This document shows, piece by piece, positions 1-9,648 of a DNA stretch of 20,020 bases. Below the pieces are notes generated by a model. That model saw only the letters and a list, made by a program, of their open reading frames with translations, ran no database searches and was not told the DNA's origin. Every line of letters starts with the position of its first letter. The stretch's first letter is position 1. The stretch comes from Thermotogota bacterium. Lineage in GTDB: Bacteria > Bipolaricaulota > Bipolaricaulia > UBA7950 > UBA9294. The stretch is from positions 1-20,020 of the forward strand of contig JBDKUT010000147.1 of assembly GCA_039679545.1 (NCBI GenBank), in the 5' to 3' direction. The translations under genes were made by a program, and so were the position numbers.

Positions 1-252
1 CTCACGGACACGCCCGAGCTCGGGTCGGCGTGGGCTCTCCGCGCGGACGAGGCCTGGACGATCATCGGCCGCTCCGCTCTCGGCGAGGACGCATTCCCGG
101 TGGCCGCCGAGCGGAGCTGGGGACGAGGGCGAATCGCCGTCGTCACGGACACTTCGGTCTTCACAAACGAGGCCCTCGAAGGCAAAGGCTACGCGTACGT
201 CGAGAACGTCCGGTTCGTCGAATGGCTTCTGCACGGGGAGGTGGCGCCATGA
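1..252 (+). CDS. 3' end of a GIFT/DUF4350-like (class I GATase-like fold) domain protein, partial
   Basis: Frame 1 is open from base 1: LTDTPELG...ERSWGRGRIAVVTDTSVFTNEAL...ENVRFVEWLLHGEVAP*. The G-G-R-I/V-x-V-x-D-x-S-x-F-x-N motif is typical of this fold. Its TGA overlaps the next ATG (ATGA 249-252). Confidence 0.7.
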   Translation, partial: LTDTPELGSAWALRADEAWTIIGRSALGEDAFPVAAERSWGRGRIAVVTDTSVFTNEALEGKGYAYVENVRFVEWLLHGEVAP

Positions 253-2702
253 GGCTCCGAGCCGCATTGTGGTGGACGAGCCTCGGTCTCGGAGTGATCG
301 GCGCTTGCCTCTGGGTGAGGGTGTACGCGGAAGTTCCGTTCCTGGCCGGAGCGATCTGCCTGATCGCCGCCAGCGCGCTGGCCGGCTGGGGTTCATCGAT
401 CTCCGAGGGCCGAAGGGCGGCGACGAGCCACTGGGCGCTCGGTGCCGCCATAGCGGCCTGTGTGGTGGCCATCCCGTTTGTCTCCGCTGAACTCCGCGTC
501 GCCGTGGGCATCGTGACCTTCGGTGCGGTCGCCACGATGTCCCCCTCCGAGCGGACCAAGAGGGCGGGAGCCGGCGTCGTCGCCTCGGGACTCTCTAGCC
601 TCCTTCTCGTCGGGGCGACAGGTTTGTATGTGCGCTTCGCCGCGTCATACCACGAGGCGCCGGCTCTTCGTGCCCTGGAAAGCGGAATCGCGCGGGTTCT
701 CGGACTGGGAACGGCCACCGTCGGCCGAGAGATCATCCTGCCGGCCGGTTCGTGCTTTGCCCCGGTCGTGCCGAGCTGGGATCAGTTCGGCCTTATCTTC
801 GGTGTCTTACTCGTTTTCGGTGTCGTCGGCTTTGCCCTGCTTACCCGAGGATCGCGCGGCCTAGGCCGTGCGGCCGCGCAAACCACCGGACTGGTGACCG
901 CCTACCTCATCGTCCGCTACGTTCTCCTCCTGCTCGTCGCGCTTGAGCTCGGACGCCCAAGTGTCTTCTGGGTTCCGTCGATCACGTTCGCGACGATCGC
1001 TCCGCTCGCATTCCTCCTGCCGCGGTACGCAGGCGTCCGTGCGGAGTGGGATCCCATGCCCCTGATCCAACGAGGAAGCGTTTCGCCACGACGTGCATGG
1101 CTCGTTGCGGCCACCGCACTCCTCGGCACGTTCCTCGCTTCCCTCTCACTTCTCCTCGCCCCCGCGGGCACGCGATCGAGCGGGCGCATCCTGTTCGATG
1201 AAGCGCACGGCGAGTGGGAGACTACAGCGCGAGAGATGGACACGGAATGGTATGGAATGGCCTCGACGTACAACTACGACTCGCTCTACCGATGGCTCGA
1301 CGGCTACTACGAAACCGGGCGGGTGCTCGAGCGAATCGATGCCGCCGGTCTCGAGCAGGGCGATGTCCTCGTGCTGAAGACGCCGTCCGTTCCGTACTCG
1401 TCAGATGAAATCCATGCGATCGTGGCCCACGTGCAGCGAGGAGGCGGCCTCCTTGTGATCGGGGATCACACCAACGTCTTCGGCACAACAAGCGTCCTGA
1501 ATCCCGTTTTGGCGCCGTTCGGGCTGCAATTCGGATACGACGCTACGTACCGACTTCGTGACGGCGGGTTCACGACCTACGAGCCGCGCAGCGCAGTGGA
1601 CCCCGTGTTCCAACACGTGTCACGGTTCGACTTCCTGACATCCTGCTCGCTGCACGGCGGCCTGTTTGCCCTCCCTCTGATCTACGACGGCCGGATCCTC
1701 GCCAGCGCGGCCGACTACTCGACCCGCAACTTCTTCCCGGAGGGCCGGATCACCCTGACCTCGACATTCGGCATGTTCCTCCAAGCCGCTGGGACCGAGG
1801 CTGGCCGAGGCCGTGTCGTCGCGTTCACGGACAGCACGTGCTTCTCGAATTTCAGCCTGCACATGGACGGCTACACGGGGTTCCTCCTGGGAGCCCTGGA
1901 GTACTTGCGCCGCCAGAACCCGCTGCCGGGCTGGCGTCCCATCGCGGCCATCGCAGGGATTCTGTGCGCCACCGTTGGGCTTGCCGCCGGCATCTCCGCT
2001 CGGCGACGCGCCGTCCTCACCGTTGGATTGGTCAGCATCGCCTTGGGTTGGGGGGCCGCCGTCGCCACAACGGCCGTGTGGCACCACACGACGTATCCGG
2101 TCCCCCTTCCGAGACACGACGTTCCGTACGTGTACTTCGATATCTCCGCGAGCCGCGCTCGGATCTCGTCCCAGCCGCTGGTTGCGAACTCGCTCGGCAC
2201 ACGTGGAGCGTTCGGCACGTTCTTCACGTGGACTCAGCGGGTCGGCCTCGTGCCGAGCCTTGTCTCAACGCGGACCTCCCTCGTCGAGGGGCGGCCGTAC
2301 GTCGTGATCAACCCAGAAGGCGTACCGAGCGCATCGCGAAATCGCGTCGTCGACTATGTTCGCAACAAAGGCGGGAGCCTCGTCCTGCTCGGAGACCCAG
2401 TCCGAGACCGAGGAGGGCTGGACGAGTACTGCGCGCTCTTCGGCCTCGCGGTCGTACGCGCGCAGAGCGACAGTCTCATCCTGTCGACGGGCAAGACGGT
2501 GCAGACCGTAGTCAGTCCAGCGCAGACCATCTTCACCTCCGTCGCTCCGGCTGGGGCCGGGCGCGTCGTCCTTCTCTCCGACTCCGTGGCATTCTCCGAC
2601 CTCGCGCTTGGAGGCGGATTCGCCGTACCCTCCGTGATTCAGCGACGGCTGTACGACCTCGAGTTTTGGCTGTTCGGCACCCTCCTCGCATCGCCCCCCT
2701 AG
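249..2702 (+). CDS. Large polytopic membrane protein with two GIFT/DUF4350-like soluble domains
   Basis: Start is taken at the ATGA overlap at 249. Many N-terminal TM segments; domain 1 has ILFDEAHGEW, GGGLLVIGDH and GRGRVVAFTDSTCFSN; two more TMs; domain 2 has GGSLVLLG and GAGRVVLLSDSVAFSD. Confidence 0.75.
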   Translation: MRLRAALWWTSLGLGVIGACLWVRVYAEVPFLAGAICLIAASALAGWGSSISEGRRAATSHWALGAAIAACVVAIPFVSAELRVAVGIVTFGAVATMSPSERTKRAGAGVVASGLSSLLLVGATGLYVRFAASYHEAPALRALESGIARVLGLGTATVGREIILPAGSCFAPVVPSWDQFGLIFGVLLVFGVVGFALLTRGSRGLGRAAAQTTGLVTAYLIVRYVLLLLVALELGRPSVFWVPSITFATIAPLAFLLPRYAGVRAEWDPMPLIQRGSVSPRRAWLVAATALLGTFLASLSLLLAPAGTRSSGRILFDEAHGEWETTAREMDTEWYGMASTYNYDSLYRWLDGYYETGRVLERIDAAGLEQGDVLVLKTPSVPYSSDEIHAIVAHVQRGGGLLVIGDHTNVFGTTSVLNPVLAPFGLQFGYDATYRLRDGGFTTYEPRSAVDPVFQHVSRFDFLTSCSLHGGLFALPLIYDGRILASAADYSTRNFFPEGRITLTSTFGMFLQAAGTEAGRGRVVAFTDSTCFSNFSLHMDGYTGFLLGALEYLRRQNPLPGWRPIAAIAGILCATVGLAAGISARRRAVLTVGLVSIALGWGAAVATTAVWHHTTYPVPLPRHDVPYVYFDISASRARISSQPLVANSLGTRGAFGTFFTWTQRVGLVPSLVSTRTSLVEGRPYVVINPEGVPSASRNRVVDYVRNKGGSLVLLGDPVRDRGGLDEYCALFGLAVVRAQSDSLILSTGKTVQTVVSPAQTIFTSVAPAGAGRVVLLSDSVAFSDLALGGGFAVPSVIQRRLYDLEFWLFGTLLASPP

Positions 2703-2786
2703 CCGCTGTGTGAGCGTCCCCGCGAGACGGCCGGGTGAGAACCTGCGGGTTATACGCCCCCAGGCTGGGTCGAGTGGTTGGCCGCA

Positions 2787-2815
2787 TTGAGGGCACAGCA
2801 CGGGCGGAGTATCGT
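2787..2815 (+). promoter_or_regulatory. Putative sigma70-type promoter of the HAD gene
   Basis: TTGAGG-N17-TATCGT, ending 9 nt before ATG 2825; no Shine-Dalgarno. Confidence 0.4.
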
Positions 2816-2824
2816 CTGCCCACC

Positions 2825-3466
2825 ATGCCGAACGCGGAGCGACGTAAGGCTCTTCTGATCTTCGATCTCGACGGAACCCTCTACCGGACCGACTCGTCGT
2901 TCGTCCCCACGATGCGCCGGGTGTACGAGGAGTTCGGCGTCCCGTATCCGGGGGACGGTGCGATCCTCGCTATGGTCGGCGAGACGTTCGAGACCTTCCT
3001 CAATTGGCTTGTGCCCCAAGGCTTTGCCGTCGACGAAGCGCGGCTTTCGGCACGCATCTCCGAGCTCGAACTCATCTCCATCCGGGAACGAGGCATGCTG
3101 TTCGACGGGGTCGCCGAGACGCTCCAAGCCCTGTCAGAGCGTGAGCACATCCTGACGCTCTGCACGAACGGCGATCGACGCTACGCCGAGGCCGTTCTTG
3201 GCCGATGCGGAATCCTCGGCATGTTCCAGCGGCTGCAGACGTTGGACGGCGTCCCGTCCACGAAGGCGCAGCGCATCGCAGAGCTTCAGCGCCTCTACCC
3301 GGGGCATCGGACCTTCGTCGTCGGCGACCGCTACCACGACATCGAGGCGGGGCGGGCGACCGGGTGCACCGTGGTCGGCGCCGCGTACGGGTACGCGCGC
3401 AACGGGGAACTCAACGGCGCAGACCATATCATCCGCTTGTTCTCGGACCTTCTTGCGCTCATCTAA
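2825..3466 (+). CDS. HAD-superfamily hydrolase (phosphoglycolate phosphatase-like)
   Basis: Motif I FDLDGTL, motif II CTNG, motif III K, motif IV VGDRYHDIEAG; start MPNAERRK. Confidence 0.9.
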   Translation: MPNAERRKALLIFDLDGTLYRTDSSFVPTMRRVYEEFGVPYPGDGAILAMVGETFETFLNWLVPQGFAVDEARLSARISELELISIRERGMLFDGVAETLQALSEREHILTLCTNGDRRYAEAVLGRCGILGMFQRLQTLDGVPSTKAQRIAELQRLYPGHRTFVVGDRYHDIEAGRATGCTVVGAAYGYARNGELNGADHIIRLFSDLLALI

Positions 3467-3551
3467 CCTGCGCGGCGCAGACGTGCCGCGCTAGAATGGG
3501 CGATCGTGCATCGGCGGAACGCCAGGGACGACGGAAAGGGGAGTCGATGGG

Positions 3552-4472
3552 ATGAAGACCTTGAGCCTACTCGAGTCGATCGGCAACACGCCGCTCGTGG
3601 AACTGGTGAACATCCCTCCCCGCGGTGCGAAGGTCCGCATCCTGGCGAAGCTGGAGGGAGCTAACCCCGGAGGCTCGGTCAAGGATCGTCCGGCCAAGTG
3701 GATGATCGAGCACGCTGAGGAGACCGGAGAACTGGTACCCGGCAAGACGATCCTCGAGCCGACGTCGGGGAACACGGGGATCGCTCTCGCGATGATCGGA
3801 GCCGCTAAGGGGTATAAAGTACGGCTCTGCATGCCGGAGTGCGTCAGCACCGAGCGACGCCACATCCTCGAGGCGTACGGCGCCGATCTCGTGCTGACTC
3901 CGTCGAAGGAGAAGACCGACGGTGCCATTCGCGAGGCGCTCCACCTCGTGCACAAGGACCCGGAGCGCTACTACATGCCGAACCAGTTCGAGAATCCCTA
4001 CAACGCCCGGGCACACTACGAGTCGACCGGCCCGGAGATCCTGAAGCAGACGGAAGGAGTGATCGATGCCTTCGTCGCGGGACTCGGGACGGGAGGCACG
4101 CTCATGGGAATCTCAATGTTCCTTAAGGAGACGCGGCCAAGCGCGAAGGTCGTGGGCGTCGAGCCGGTCCGGGGGCACGCAATCCAGGGGTTGAAGAACC
4201 TCGACGAGTCCATCGTGCCTGGCATCTACGACGCTCGTCGGCTCGACGCCAAGCTCTCCGTCGGCGACGAGGAGTCGTTCGCGATGACGCGCAGGTTGGC
4301 AACGTCCGAAGGGTTGTTCGTGGGGATGTCAAGCGGAGCCGCGGTCGTAGGAGCGCTCAAGGTTGCCGCGGAGCTTCGCTCCGGCACCGTCGTCGTCCTG
4401 CTTCCGGACCGCGGGGACCGGTACCTCAGCACGAGCCTGTTCCGGTCGATCTGCGGCGAGTGTCCTCCGTAA
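3552..4472 (+). CDS. cysM: PLP-dependent cysteine synthase (CysK/CysM family, CysM-like)
   Basis: IGNTPLV, KLEGANPGGSVKDR (PLP lysine), EPTSGNTGI, GLGTGGT, SSGA, PDRGDRYLS. Confidence 0.9.
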   Translation: MKTLSLLESIGNTPLVELVNIPPRGAKVRILAKLEGANPGGSVKDRPAKWMIEHAEETGELVPGKTILEPTSGNTGIALAMIGAAKGYKVRLCMPECVSTERRHILEAYGADLVLTPSKEKTDGAIREALHLVHKDPERYYMPNQFENPYNARAHYESTGPEILKQTEGVIDAFVAGLGTGGTLMGISMFLKETRPSAKVVGVEPVRGHAIQGLKNLDESIVPGIYDARRLDAKLSVGDEESFAMTRRLATSEGLFVGMSSGAAVVGALKVAAELRSGTVVVLLPDRGDRYLSTSLFRSICGECPP

Positions 4473-4590
4473 GCAGAAGGTCGGAGCGGTAACCCATCGA
4501 GAGCTTGTCGGTGTAGGTCGCACCCGCAGAGGTTTTCGTCTAGGACGACGGGCACCGCCGCGACGTGGCGACCTTCGAGGCGAGCGCGAC

Positions 4591-4850
4591 GTCACGGATC
4601 CGAAAACGCAGGTTCGCGAGGTCGTCCGTCGGTTCGAACTCGCGCAGCGGCACACACCCATTCGCACGTTGCTCGGCCTGCACGGCCTCCTGCGGGGCGT
4701 CGACAAGGACGCAGCGCACGGTCGCATCCCGCCGCGGACCGCCCTCTGGATCAACGAGTACCGGGAATACCCCGATTGCCACCGCCTCTACTGGCGGGAG
4801 CACTCACAGCGCGCGGCAGCGGGCCGTCGTCGAGTTCACCCTCGCTCACC
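4591..4850 (+). pseudogene. Frameshifted C-terminal remnant of a Mut7-C RNase (DUF82, PIN plus Zn ribbon) gene
   Basis: Joining two + frames gives DPKTQVREVVRRFEL..HPFARCSAC/GLLRGVDKDAAHGRIPPRT..EYPDCHRLYWR/THSARQRAVVE, matching the Mut7-C consensus RC..CN..CP.C..YW.G(S/T)H. Three 1-nt frameshifts; no N-terminus. Confidence 0.75.
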
Positions 4851-4858
4851 CCGCCGCG

Positions 4859-5422
4859 CTAACAGGCGACGGGTTTGCAAAGGACCTCGCGAACGCGGAG
4901 GTCGAAGAACGTGTTCGCGTGGGCGGGGCGAAGGACGACGGCCGTGTCGGCCCCGCTGCCTGCCCCGCCGACGCAAATGACGTCGCGGTCGGTAGGAATC
5001 AGCCCTGCATCCGCCGCCATGACCGCGATTTCGACGCACACCTTCGTCCCTTGTCCGAACAGGCGCAGGGTGTTCGCGATCAGCTCGACCGGCGTCGCGC
5101 CGCCGAACTTCGTCGAGATCGCGCGGCCGACGCCGGAGAGACTGTGCGTGGCGATGAGGACAGGCACCTTGGCCTCGCGAAGCTCGGACGCGTACTCGGG
5201 GTCAAGATCGAGGAGATCGCCGCTCCGGAACCCGGAGTGGTGGCTGACGCAGACCAGTTCCGCATCCTCCCCCGTGAGCGCCTCGGAGAAGCGAAAGCCG
5301 GTGACCCCGGAACTCGTGGCCACGACGACGTGCCGCACGTCACCCTTCTCCAGGCGCCGGAGCACGCAGTCGATGACGTCGGGGGTTGTGTCCCTCTCGG
5401 CCACCTCGAACGGTTCGGTCAT
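4859..5422 (-). CDS. Pyruvate-kinase C-terminal-like domain protein (COG1751/DUF1867, MTH1675-like)
   Basis: VVVATSSGVTG, CVSHHSGF, HSLSGVGRAIS, GQGTKVCVEIAVMAADAGLIP, GADTA, REVLCKP; SD GGAGGAGG upstream. Confidence 0.85.
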   Translation of the reverse strand: MTEPFEVAERDTTPDVIDCVLRRLEKGDVRHVVVATSSGVTGFRFSEALTGEDAELVCVSHHSGFRSGDLLDLDPEYASELREAKVPVLIATHSLSGVGRAISTKFGGATPVELIANTLRLFGQGTKVCVEIAVMAADAGLIPTDRDVICVGGAGSGADTAVVLRPAHANTFFDLRVREVLCKPVAC

Positions 5423-5637
5423 CCCTCCTCCTTCCCATTCCTAGAACCCCGCCCGCTCAAGCTACAACGCTCTGCGGTTCATTCCGCTTCGCTCTTCCAC
5501 CATACGGTCAGGAACGGGCAGAGACAAACCCCACCCGTCCTGTGGCGGGTCGTTCAGGCGGGCAGATCACACTCCACAGACAGATAGGAAGGAAGACTCG
5601 AGATGCCGACTCCGGACGATCGAGCCCGGCGGGACTG

Positions 5638-6330
5638 CTACCGGGCTCGATCGTCGACGGAGAGTCCCGGGATTCGAAGCTTGGCTTCGACGTACGCGAG
5701 CACCCTCGACAGGAGGATGACGATGACGAGGTAGATCAGCGCCGCCGCCGAGTAGGAGTCGAATGCCCTACCGTACTTCGCCGCGATCTTCATGCTGACG
5801 AACGTCAGATCGTCGAGCGTCACGAAGTAGACGACCGACGAGTACAAGAGCGTGTAGATGAGCTCGTTCGACCACGACGGCAAGACGATGCGGAGTGCCT
5901 GGGGCAGGATCACCGACCGCACGGCCTGCGCCTTGGTCATTCCCATCGACCGCGCCGCGAGCATCTGCCCACTCGAAATGGCCTGAATCGCCCCTCGCAA
6001 GTACTCAGCCTGGTACGCAGCGCTGTTCAGTCCAAGCGCAACGCACCCGGCGGCGAAAGGGCTCAGCGGCTCGAGGCCCATCGCCTTAAAGTACGGTGGA
6101 AGGCCGAAGTAGATGATGAGCGCCTGGATCACGAGAGGGGTGGCCCGAAAGAACTGGATGTAGACGTTGGCGATGCCGCTCACCACGCGGTGAGCGTAGA
6201 CACGCGTAAGTGCCAGCAGAAGCCCAAACGCGAAGCCCGATCCGATACCAATCGCCGTCAACTCGAGCGTGACGACCGTCGCCCGCAGGAGCCGAGGCAG
6301 GATCATCCCCACGAACTCGAAGTAGCTCAT
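5638..6330 (-). CDS. Polar amino-acid ABC transporter permease (HisM/GlnP type)
   Basis: [37 protein letters not shown] (EAA loop), ILPQALR; ATG 6330 overlaps the ATPase stop. Confidence 0.93.
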   Translation of the reverse strand: MSYFEFVGMILPRLLRATVVTLELTAIGIGSGFAFGLLLALTRVYAHRVVSGIANVYIQFFRATPLVIQALIIYFGLPPYFKAMGLEPLSPFAAGCVALGLNSAAYQAEYLRGAIQAISSGQMLAARSMGMTKAQAVRSVILPQALRIVLPSWSNELIYTLLYSSVVYFVTLDDLTFVSMKIAAKYGRAFDSYSAAALIYLVIVILLSRVLAYVEAKLRIPGLSVDDRAR

Positions 6331-7112
6331 CGCCCGTTCGTCTCCCCGTAGAGTTCGGTAATCTTCCGCAGGAATTGCCCGGTGCGTTCGCAGCGCGGAC
6401 AAGTGAACAGCTCGGCGGGCGTCCCTTCCTCCAGGATTACCCCGCCCTCCATGAAGATGATCCGGTCGGCGACAGCGCGAGCGAACCCCATCTCGTGGGA
6501 CACGACGATCATCGTCATCCCGCCCCGCGCAAGCTGAACCATGACCTCGAGCACCTCCCCGATCAGCTCAGGGTCAAGCGCCGAGGTGGGCTCGTCGAAC
6601 AGGATGAGCTTCGGGTCCATCGCCAGGGCACGCGCAATCGAAACACGCTGCTTCTGACCTCCGGACAGCTCAGCCGGGTACGAGGCGGCCTTCTCCGCCA
6701 GACCGACGCGCGCGAGTTCGTCGCGGGCGCGAACGACGGCCTCCTTCTTCGACATCTTCTTGACCTTGACAAGACCAAGGGTCACGTTGTCGAGCGCGGT
6801 GAGGTGGGCAAAGAGGTTGAAGTCCTGAAACACAAAACCGATCTGCGCTCTAGCGTGGTTGATGTTTGTGCGGGCGTGGGTGATCTCGACGTCCTCGAGC
6901 CACACGCGCCCCTTATCCGGTACGGAAAGCTGGTTGATGCAGCGAAGAAGCGTGCTCTTCCCGGTCCCGGAAGGCCCGATGACGACTTTCGTCTCGCCCC
7001 GCCGAAGCTCCAGTGAGACACCCTTCAGGACTTCGTCCTTCCCGTACCTCTTGTGAAGACCCTCGACCCGAAGGATGACGTCGCTTGGGCCTGTCCTCGT
7101 CCCTGCCGCCAT
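6327..7112 (-). CDS. Polar amino-acid ABC transporter ATP-binding protein (GlnQ type)
   Basis: Walker A GPSGTGKS, signature LSGGQKQR, Walker [21 protein letters not shown]; start MAAGTR is coupled to the upstream TGA. Confidence 0.95.
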   Translation of the reverse strand: MAAGTRTGPSDVILRVEGLHKRYGKDEVLKGVSLELRRGETKVVIGPSGTGKSTLLRCINQLSVPDKGRVWLEDVEITHARTNINHARAQIGFVFQDFNLFAHLTALDNVTLGLVKVKKMSKKEAVVRARDELARVGLAEKAASYPAELSGGQKQRVSIARALAMDPKLILFDEPTSALDPELIGEVLEVMVQLARGGMTMIVVSHEMGFARAVADRIIFMEGGVILEEGTPAELFTCPRCERTGQFLRKITELYGETNGR

Positions 7113-7825
7113 CAGCGTTCCACCTTGCCTTTCATCTCGAACCCCGGAATGCGAAGCCGCCTCTCCAACAGGGCCAAAAGTGCGTTGCCGCCGTACGTCA
7201 GCGCGAGGTAGAAGAGACCCACGATGAGGAGAACCGGCAGGATGAGCTGTGACCCGATGCCGTGCGTCATGGAAAGGCGAGTCAGACTGGTCATGCCCAG
7301 GCGCGTGAGTTCGAGAAGACCGCCAATCACACAAGCGAACGCCGTGTCCTTCACGACGCCCGAGTATTCGTTCGACCACGGCGGGATCGCCAGGCGGAAC
7401 GCCTGCGGAAGGATGACGTGCCGAATGGCCTGGAGCTTCCCCATCCCGAGCGCGCGGGCCGCCATCATCTGCCCCGGTGGCACGGCCTGGATTGCACCGC
7501 GGAAGATCTGGGACTGGTAGGCGGCCGAACGCAGTCCGAGGGCGAGGGCGGCCGCCACAACCCCAGGCAGGAAGACGTGGAAGGATTGCGAGAGCCCATT
7601 CCAAAAGATGAGGATCGTCACGAGCGGCGGGATGCCGCGGAACACCTGTTCGTAGACGACGCACACGTAGCGAAACGGCCGACGACCATAGACTTGGACG
7701 AGCGCCAGGACCGTCCCGAGCACAAGCCCCAGGACCAACAGGAGAACGGTAATCTCCACCGTCACGGGAAGCCCGCGCGTGAACAGCGGGCCGACGCTCT
7801 GCCACAGCAACCGCGCCGCGCTGAT
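7112..7825 (-). CDS. Polar amino-acid ABC transporter permease (start uncertain)
   Basis: [47 protein letters not shown]. Candidate starts are ATC 7825, TTG 7810 or TTG 7879. Confidence 0.9.
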   Translation of the reverse strand: MSAARLLWQSVGPLFTRGLPVTVEITVLLLVLGLVLGTVLALVQVYGRRPFRYVCVVYEQVFRGIPPLVTILIFWNGLSQSFHVFLPGVVAAALALGLRSAAYQSQIFRGAIQAVPPGQMMAARALGMGKLQAIRHVILPQAFRLAIPPWSNEYSGVVKDTAFACVIGGLLELTRLGMTSLTRLSMTHGIGSQLILPVLLIVGLFYLALTYGGNALLALLERRLRIPGFEMKGKVER

Positions 7826-7861
7826 GGCTGCCCCCTTGAACTGAACAGAACCCGTGACGTA

Positions 7862-7896
7862 AGAAGAACGCGGAGACAACCGCCCCGCGTCCTTCT
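7862..7896 (-). terminator. Intercistronic hairpin (partial terminator or mRNA stabiliser) after the substrate-binding protein gene
   Basis: Minus-strand AGAAGGACGCGGGG-CGGUUGU-CUCCGCGUUCUUCU forms a 14-bp stem whose two mismatches are G-U pairs only on this strand. Confidence 0.7.
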
Positions 7897-7921
7897 CACG
7901 TTGGCGAAACCACGCTAAGGA

Positions 7922-8779
7922 CTAGGGAGCCGTCACTCCGGCGGCCAGAGTCTTGGCGAAGCCGACAACATCCTTCGCTGTGAGGAAGGACGCCGCAGCT
8001 TTCCACGCGGCCTCGATCTTGGCCAGCTCCGCGCCACCCATGTAGGCGGTGATGAGGTTATCCCACGCGGTCGAGGCCTTCAGCTTCTGCAGCCCGTCGT
8101 TGATCTTCGGCAGCAAGCCTTTCGGATCGCCGTTCGCGACGAAGAACCCGAACTGCTCGCCCGTCTCGATGACGCCGGTGATGGCCAGCCGCGCGTCAGC
8201 AGCGACGCTGGCTCGCGACGCCGGCTCGTCCTGGATCACGGCGTCGACGTTTCCGTTCAAGAGGTCAAGAACGGCGAGCGGGTAGAGCGTGTACTCCTTC
8301 AGCTCGACCTTGATCCCCTTGTCGATGAGCTGCTCTTGGACCCACTTCGCGCCCGTCGTTCCGACTTGGGCGCCGATCTTCTTGCCGCTCGAGAGAGCCG
8401 TCGCGATGTTCAGGCCAGAGTCCGCCTTCACGACGACAGCCTGGTTCGACGTCCAGTACGGAGCGGAGAAGTCCACCTTCAGCTCACGCTCGGCCGTGAT
8501 GGTCGCGCCCGACGCGCCGATGTCGACCCGGCCGATCCCCACGTCGTCGAAGATGATGTCCCAGCTGTAGCTGATGATGTTGACGTCGTACCCCTCAAGA
8601 ATCGCGACGAGGCGCATCACATCAAGGTCGAATCCGTACAGCTGCCCGTCAGCACCTGCCCACTCGAACGGCGGCCACGTCGTATCGGACGCTATGGTGA
8701 ACGTCGCGGCAGCGACCGAGACCGCACAGGCTCCGGCGAGAACCGCCAAGAGACCCAAAACGAGGAGACTCCTCTTCAT
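7922..8779 (-). CDS. Polar amino-acid ABC transporter substrate-binding protein (SBP_bac_3)
   Basis: Signal peptide, SDTTWPPFE, GFDLD, TITAERELKVDFSAPY, GAQVGTTG, VDAVIQD; SD AAGGAGGT. Confidence 0.93.
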   Translation of the reverse strand: MKRSLLVLGLLAVLAGACAVSVAAATFTIASDTTWPPFEWAGADGQLYGFDLDVMRLVAILEGYDVNIISYSWDIIFDDVGIGRVDIGASGATITAERELKVDFSAPYWTSNQAVVVKADSGLNIATALSSGKKIGAQVGTTGAKWVQEQLIDKGIKVELKEYTLYPLAVLDLLNGNVDAVIQDEPASRASVAADARLAITGVIETGEQFGFFVANGDPKGLLPKINDGLQKLKASTAWDNLITAYMGGAELAKIEAAWKAAASFLTAKDVVGFAKTLAAGVTAP

Positions 8780-8900
8780 TCTCCTACACCTCCTTGCTAG
8801 AACAACCTAGCGGGAAAGGGGCATGAGAGTCAATGGGCCGGATTGGAAGGCGCAGCAGCGTAGCGGAAGGACATACGTCAAGAGACGGGCTGCCGTGTTG

Positions 8901-9479
8901 CTACAAGGGAAGGTCAGGCTTCGCGATCCGCCAAAGCCATCGCTCCGCCTCCCGCGGGGAGCGCAGCCGCACCACCCTGAGATGCCCATACTCCGGATCG
9001 GCGAGCAGTCTCCGGTACTGCGCCTTGCGCCGCCGATGGGTCTTCACGGCCCAGAGGAGGATAGATTCCCGCGACAGGAACGACGTTCGTAGGCTCTCCC
9101 GATTCCCGTGCCAGAGCGGCTCACGGAGAACGGCCCGCCGGATTGTCCTCGCGAGGAGCTGAGAGAAGACGCGCAGGAACGAGTAGTCAAGCCACACGAG
9201 TGTGTCGGCGCGGGTCCAGATGAGATCGCGGACCCGGCTGTAGTTCCCGTCGATCACCCACGCGTCGCCCGCCGCGGCTTCGCTCACAGCGGCGCGCAGC
9301 TCAGGGTCTGTCGCCTCTCCCCACCCGGAGCGCCAGAAGAGCGCGTCCAGCTCTACGTGAGGAACGCCAAGGAGTCCCGCAAGGCTCTTCGCAACGGTTG
9401 TCTTGCCCGATCCGCACGTGCCGACGACGTTGATCCGTGTCCCGGGCTCCGGGAAGAGTGGACTGCGTCTTGCCCTCAC
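8901..9479 (-). CDS. Adenylate-kinase-like P-loop protein (FlaR/topology-modulation family)
   Basis: RINVVGTCGSGKTT, ELDALFW, WVIDGNY, ADTLVWLD, GNRES; GTG 9479 follows GAGGAG. Confidence 0.85.
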   Translation of the reverse strand: MRARRSPLFPEPGTRINVVGTCGSGKTTVAKSLAGLLGVPHVELDALFWRSGWGEATDPELRAAVSEAAAGDAWVIDGNYSRVRDLIWTRADTLVWLDYSFLRVFSQLLARTIRRAVLREPLWHGNRESLRTSFLSRESILLWAVKTHRRRKAQYRRLLADPEYGHLRVVRLRSPREAERWLWRIAKPDLPL

Positions 9480-9648
9480 ACTCTCTCCTCGATCGCGGGA
9501 ATGTGTGCACACAAGAAGAATACCTAGAAGAAAGCGGCCGCAGGCCAGAACCCCGCAGCCGCACCAGAGATGTAGAGGCTTACCAGCCCCTCATTGTGCA
9601 CCGGACGCCCGCCCATGTCGGTAATGGAAGTCACGCTGCTACACGGAC

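Noticed and set aside
30..248. N-terminal extension of the 890-aa ORF
   Set aside because: Arg-rich shadow of the upstream frame-1 gene; the ATGA overlap at 249 is the better start.
7113..7805. N-terminal 231 aa of the 492-aa ORF (apparent fusion to the ABC ATPase)
   Set aside because: Alternative frame over the permease gene; the ATPase starts at 7112.
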